From: Basidiobolus meristosporus CBS 931.73
Lineage: Eukaryota > Fungi > Basidiobolomycota
Reading direction: 5' to 3'
Length of the DNA stretch: 64,000 nucleotides
Assembly: GCA_002104905.1 (NCBI GenBank)
Contig: MCFE01000088.1
Span: 1 to 64,000 of the forward strand
Shown here one piece after another: positions 62,551 to 64,000 of this stretch. The stretch's first letter is position 1. The number at the start of each line of letters is the position of its first letter. The position numbers were made by a program, and so were the translations under genes. The notes under the pieces are model-generated. The model saw only the letters and a program-made list of their open reading frames with translations, was not told the origin of the DNA and searched no databases.

Positions 62551-62960
62551 TATACATGGTGGCCATTTACTGTTATCCTGCAGGTAAGCATACAAAATTC
62601 ATCCAGCAATGGATACAGGTAGGTATCCAGGTTGGACAGTGATCTAGGCCCAGATACCAGCAAGACTACCATTAGATTATTGCTCTCATACTGTAAGATG
62701 GGCAGCAGATTCAGATTAATGAGAATCAGTGGCCTGCAGGATTTGCTATTAGAGTACTTGTTGAATGAGAATCCATCAGGTGCAAAGGCAAAGGCATGGT
62801 CATATATACATTCTAAGTAGCCCTTGATTCTTAGCTGTTTGTAATGTTTGCCATCAAATATATTGGATATGTTTGCGCTTGATTGATACTGAGTGTGATG
62901 CTATATAGCTTTGCAACATTTGTTGGGCTGCATCAGCTTTCTCAGGCAGGGTATGACCGG
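62551..62960 (-). mobile_element. CACTA/EnSpm (Transposase_21-like) transposase fragment
   Basis: Minus-strand reading FAPDGFSFNKYSNSKSCRPLILINLNLLPILQYESNNLMVVLLVSGPRSLSNLDTYLYPLLDEF resembles the DGF...WP.IL...NLPP...IPGP...D.YL.PL.DEL motif. Confidence 0.6.
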
Positions 62961-64000
62961 TGTGGTGGTGCATAGGTCCAAGGGAGAGATACATCCAACA
63001 CTTCTCAAGTGTTTTGTGTGTGGGGTGTTCACTGGGTACAATAACCTCTGGCAAAAGCTTGCTAGGAATACTTGGGTTCTGTCTCTAATCTAATATGAAG
63101 GGGAATAAAGCCACAAGCTTTTTAAGGGAAAACTATTAAGCTACAATCCCCAACTTAGTTGGCGTCTTAAAAAAAGTATGTGCTGGGTTCAGCGTCCTTT
63201 GAGATGACAATGTACTAAAGCTTCCAAAGTCAAAACAACTGTAAACTCCAACAGCAGGGACTTGATAAGAATGCAGCTGTGGTCAATAGTTACAAAGACA
63301 GAAAAGTATCTTTGCCTGTACAAGAACAAACTTGGGAAAGAATCAAATATAATAAAAGATACCTACTCTGAGTATTCCTCACAAGTAGTGCCTCCAAGGT
63401 CAGTTGGCTGTCAGTGCGGTTTCCTGGGAGTGTCCTATGGTCTGGGGTTGGAAGTTCAGGTAGCAGTAGGTAGCAGTAGGTAGCAGTGATCACAGTAATC
63501 AACAAGTTGGTATATTGATAAAAGGGATGATGATTTATTGTTGAGGGATAGCCTCCATTATATACTTCTCTTGCTGGCTAAGTGATTACTAATTGTGATG
63601 TTCCAGAAGGTTCTGGATATCAATAGAAATCTTAATGACATCAGAATGACCTAAGAATGCTCTAAGTTGGTGCCAGAAGGTTCTAAGCAGCACAACACAT
63701 CCAACCAATCAGGAATCAGCATTCTGAAACCTGTGTAACATAGGAATACCATATACAGTATGGAGATTTTAGGGATGGTGACATGGGTTGATCATGTGTC
63801 ACAGGTACTGGCGCAGGTACTTGCCTAATATAGAAGCACTTATAGCTAATAATCTTACACAAAGTGAGGGGTAACTTATGCAATAAGGTAAGCAGGTGTG
63901 ATAGTCAACTGGCTTATGGTGGATTCCTGACAACTTGGACACATTGCATGGTAGCATTTCTGGATGTAAAAGCCATGCAACTGTTAACATATTCTGAAAT
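62961..64000 (-). repeat. Ty3 LTR type B (runs to the window end)
   Basis: Starts TGTGGTGG immediately after CCGG; shares ~450 bp with type A and then matches 52766-53432. Confidence 0.8.

Overview
Eukaryotic (fungal) genomic DNA with short GT-AG introns. The gene set and style suggest an early-diverging fungus (Basidiobolus-like; inference, not verified). Layout: (i) 1-1.9 kb degraded retroelement debris; (ii) 1.9-9 kb two near-identical GLUT-like sugar-transporter genes flanking an NmrA-like gene; (iii) 10-17 kb a Ty1/Copia nest containing one apparently intact, very recent element (identical 350-bp LTRs, AAAAC TSD); (iv) 17.2-39.3 kb a CpG-rich gene island: bicupin pseudogene, group III hybrid histidine kinase, UNC-93-like MFS, RPL43, DUF4203 protein, head-to-head ILV5 pair, CHS7, GUK1, TSR2 and two uncharacterised genes; (v) 40.5-64 kb a CpG-depleted nest of Copia, Ty3/Gypsy and CACTA remnants. 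Most interesting observations: a Ty3/Gypsy family whose readable insertion sites all reconstruct to a CpG-centred 4-bp target (NCGG/CCGG); Copia copies inserting into their own LTRs and using a Ty5-type half-tRNA primer site; CpG decay that inactivates RT; two gene pairs with homogenised coding regions (the ILV5 pair forms a ~1.15-kb inverted repeat); and a decaying intronless bicupin. No CRISPR, rRNA or tRNA genes were seen. All alignments and counts were done by eye.
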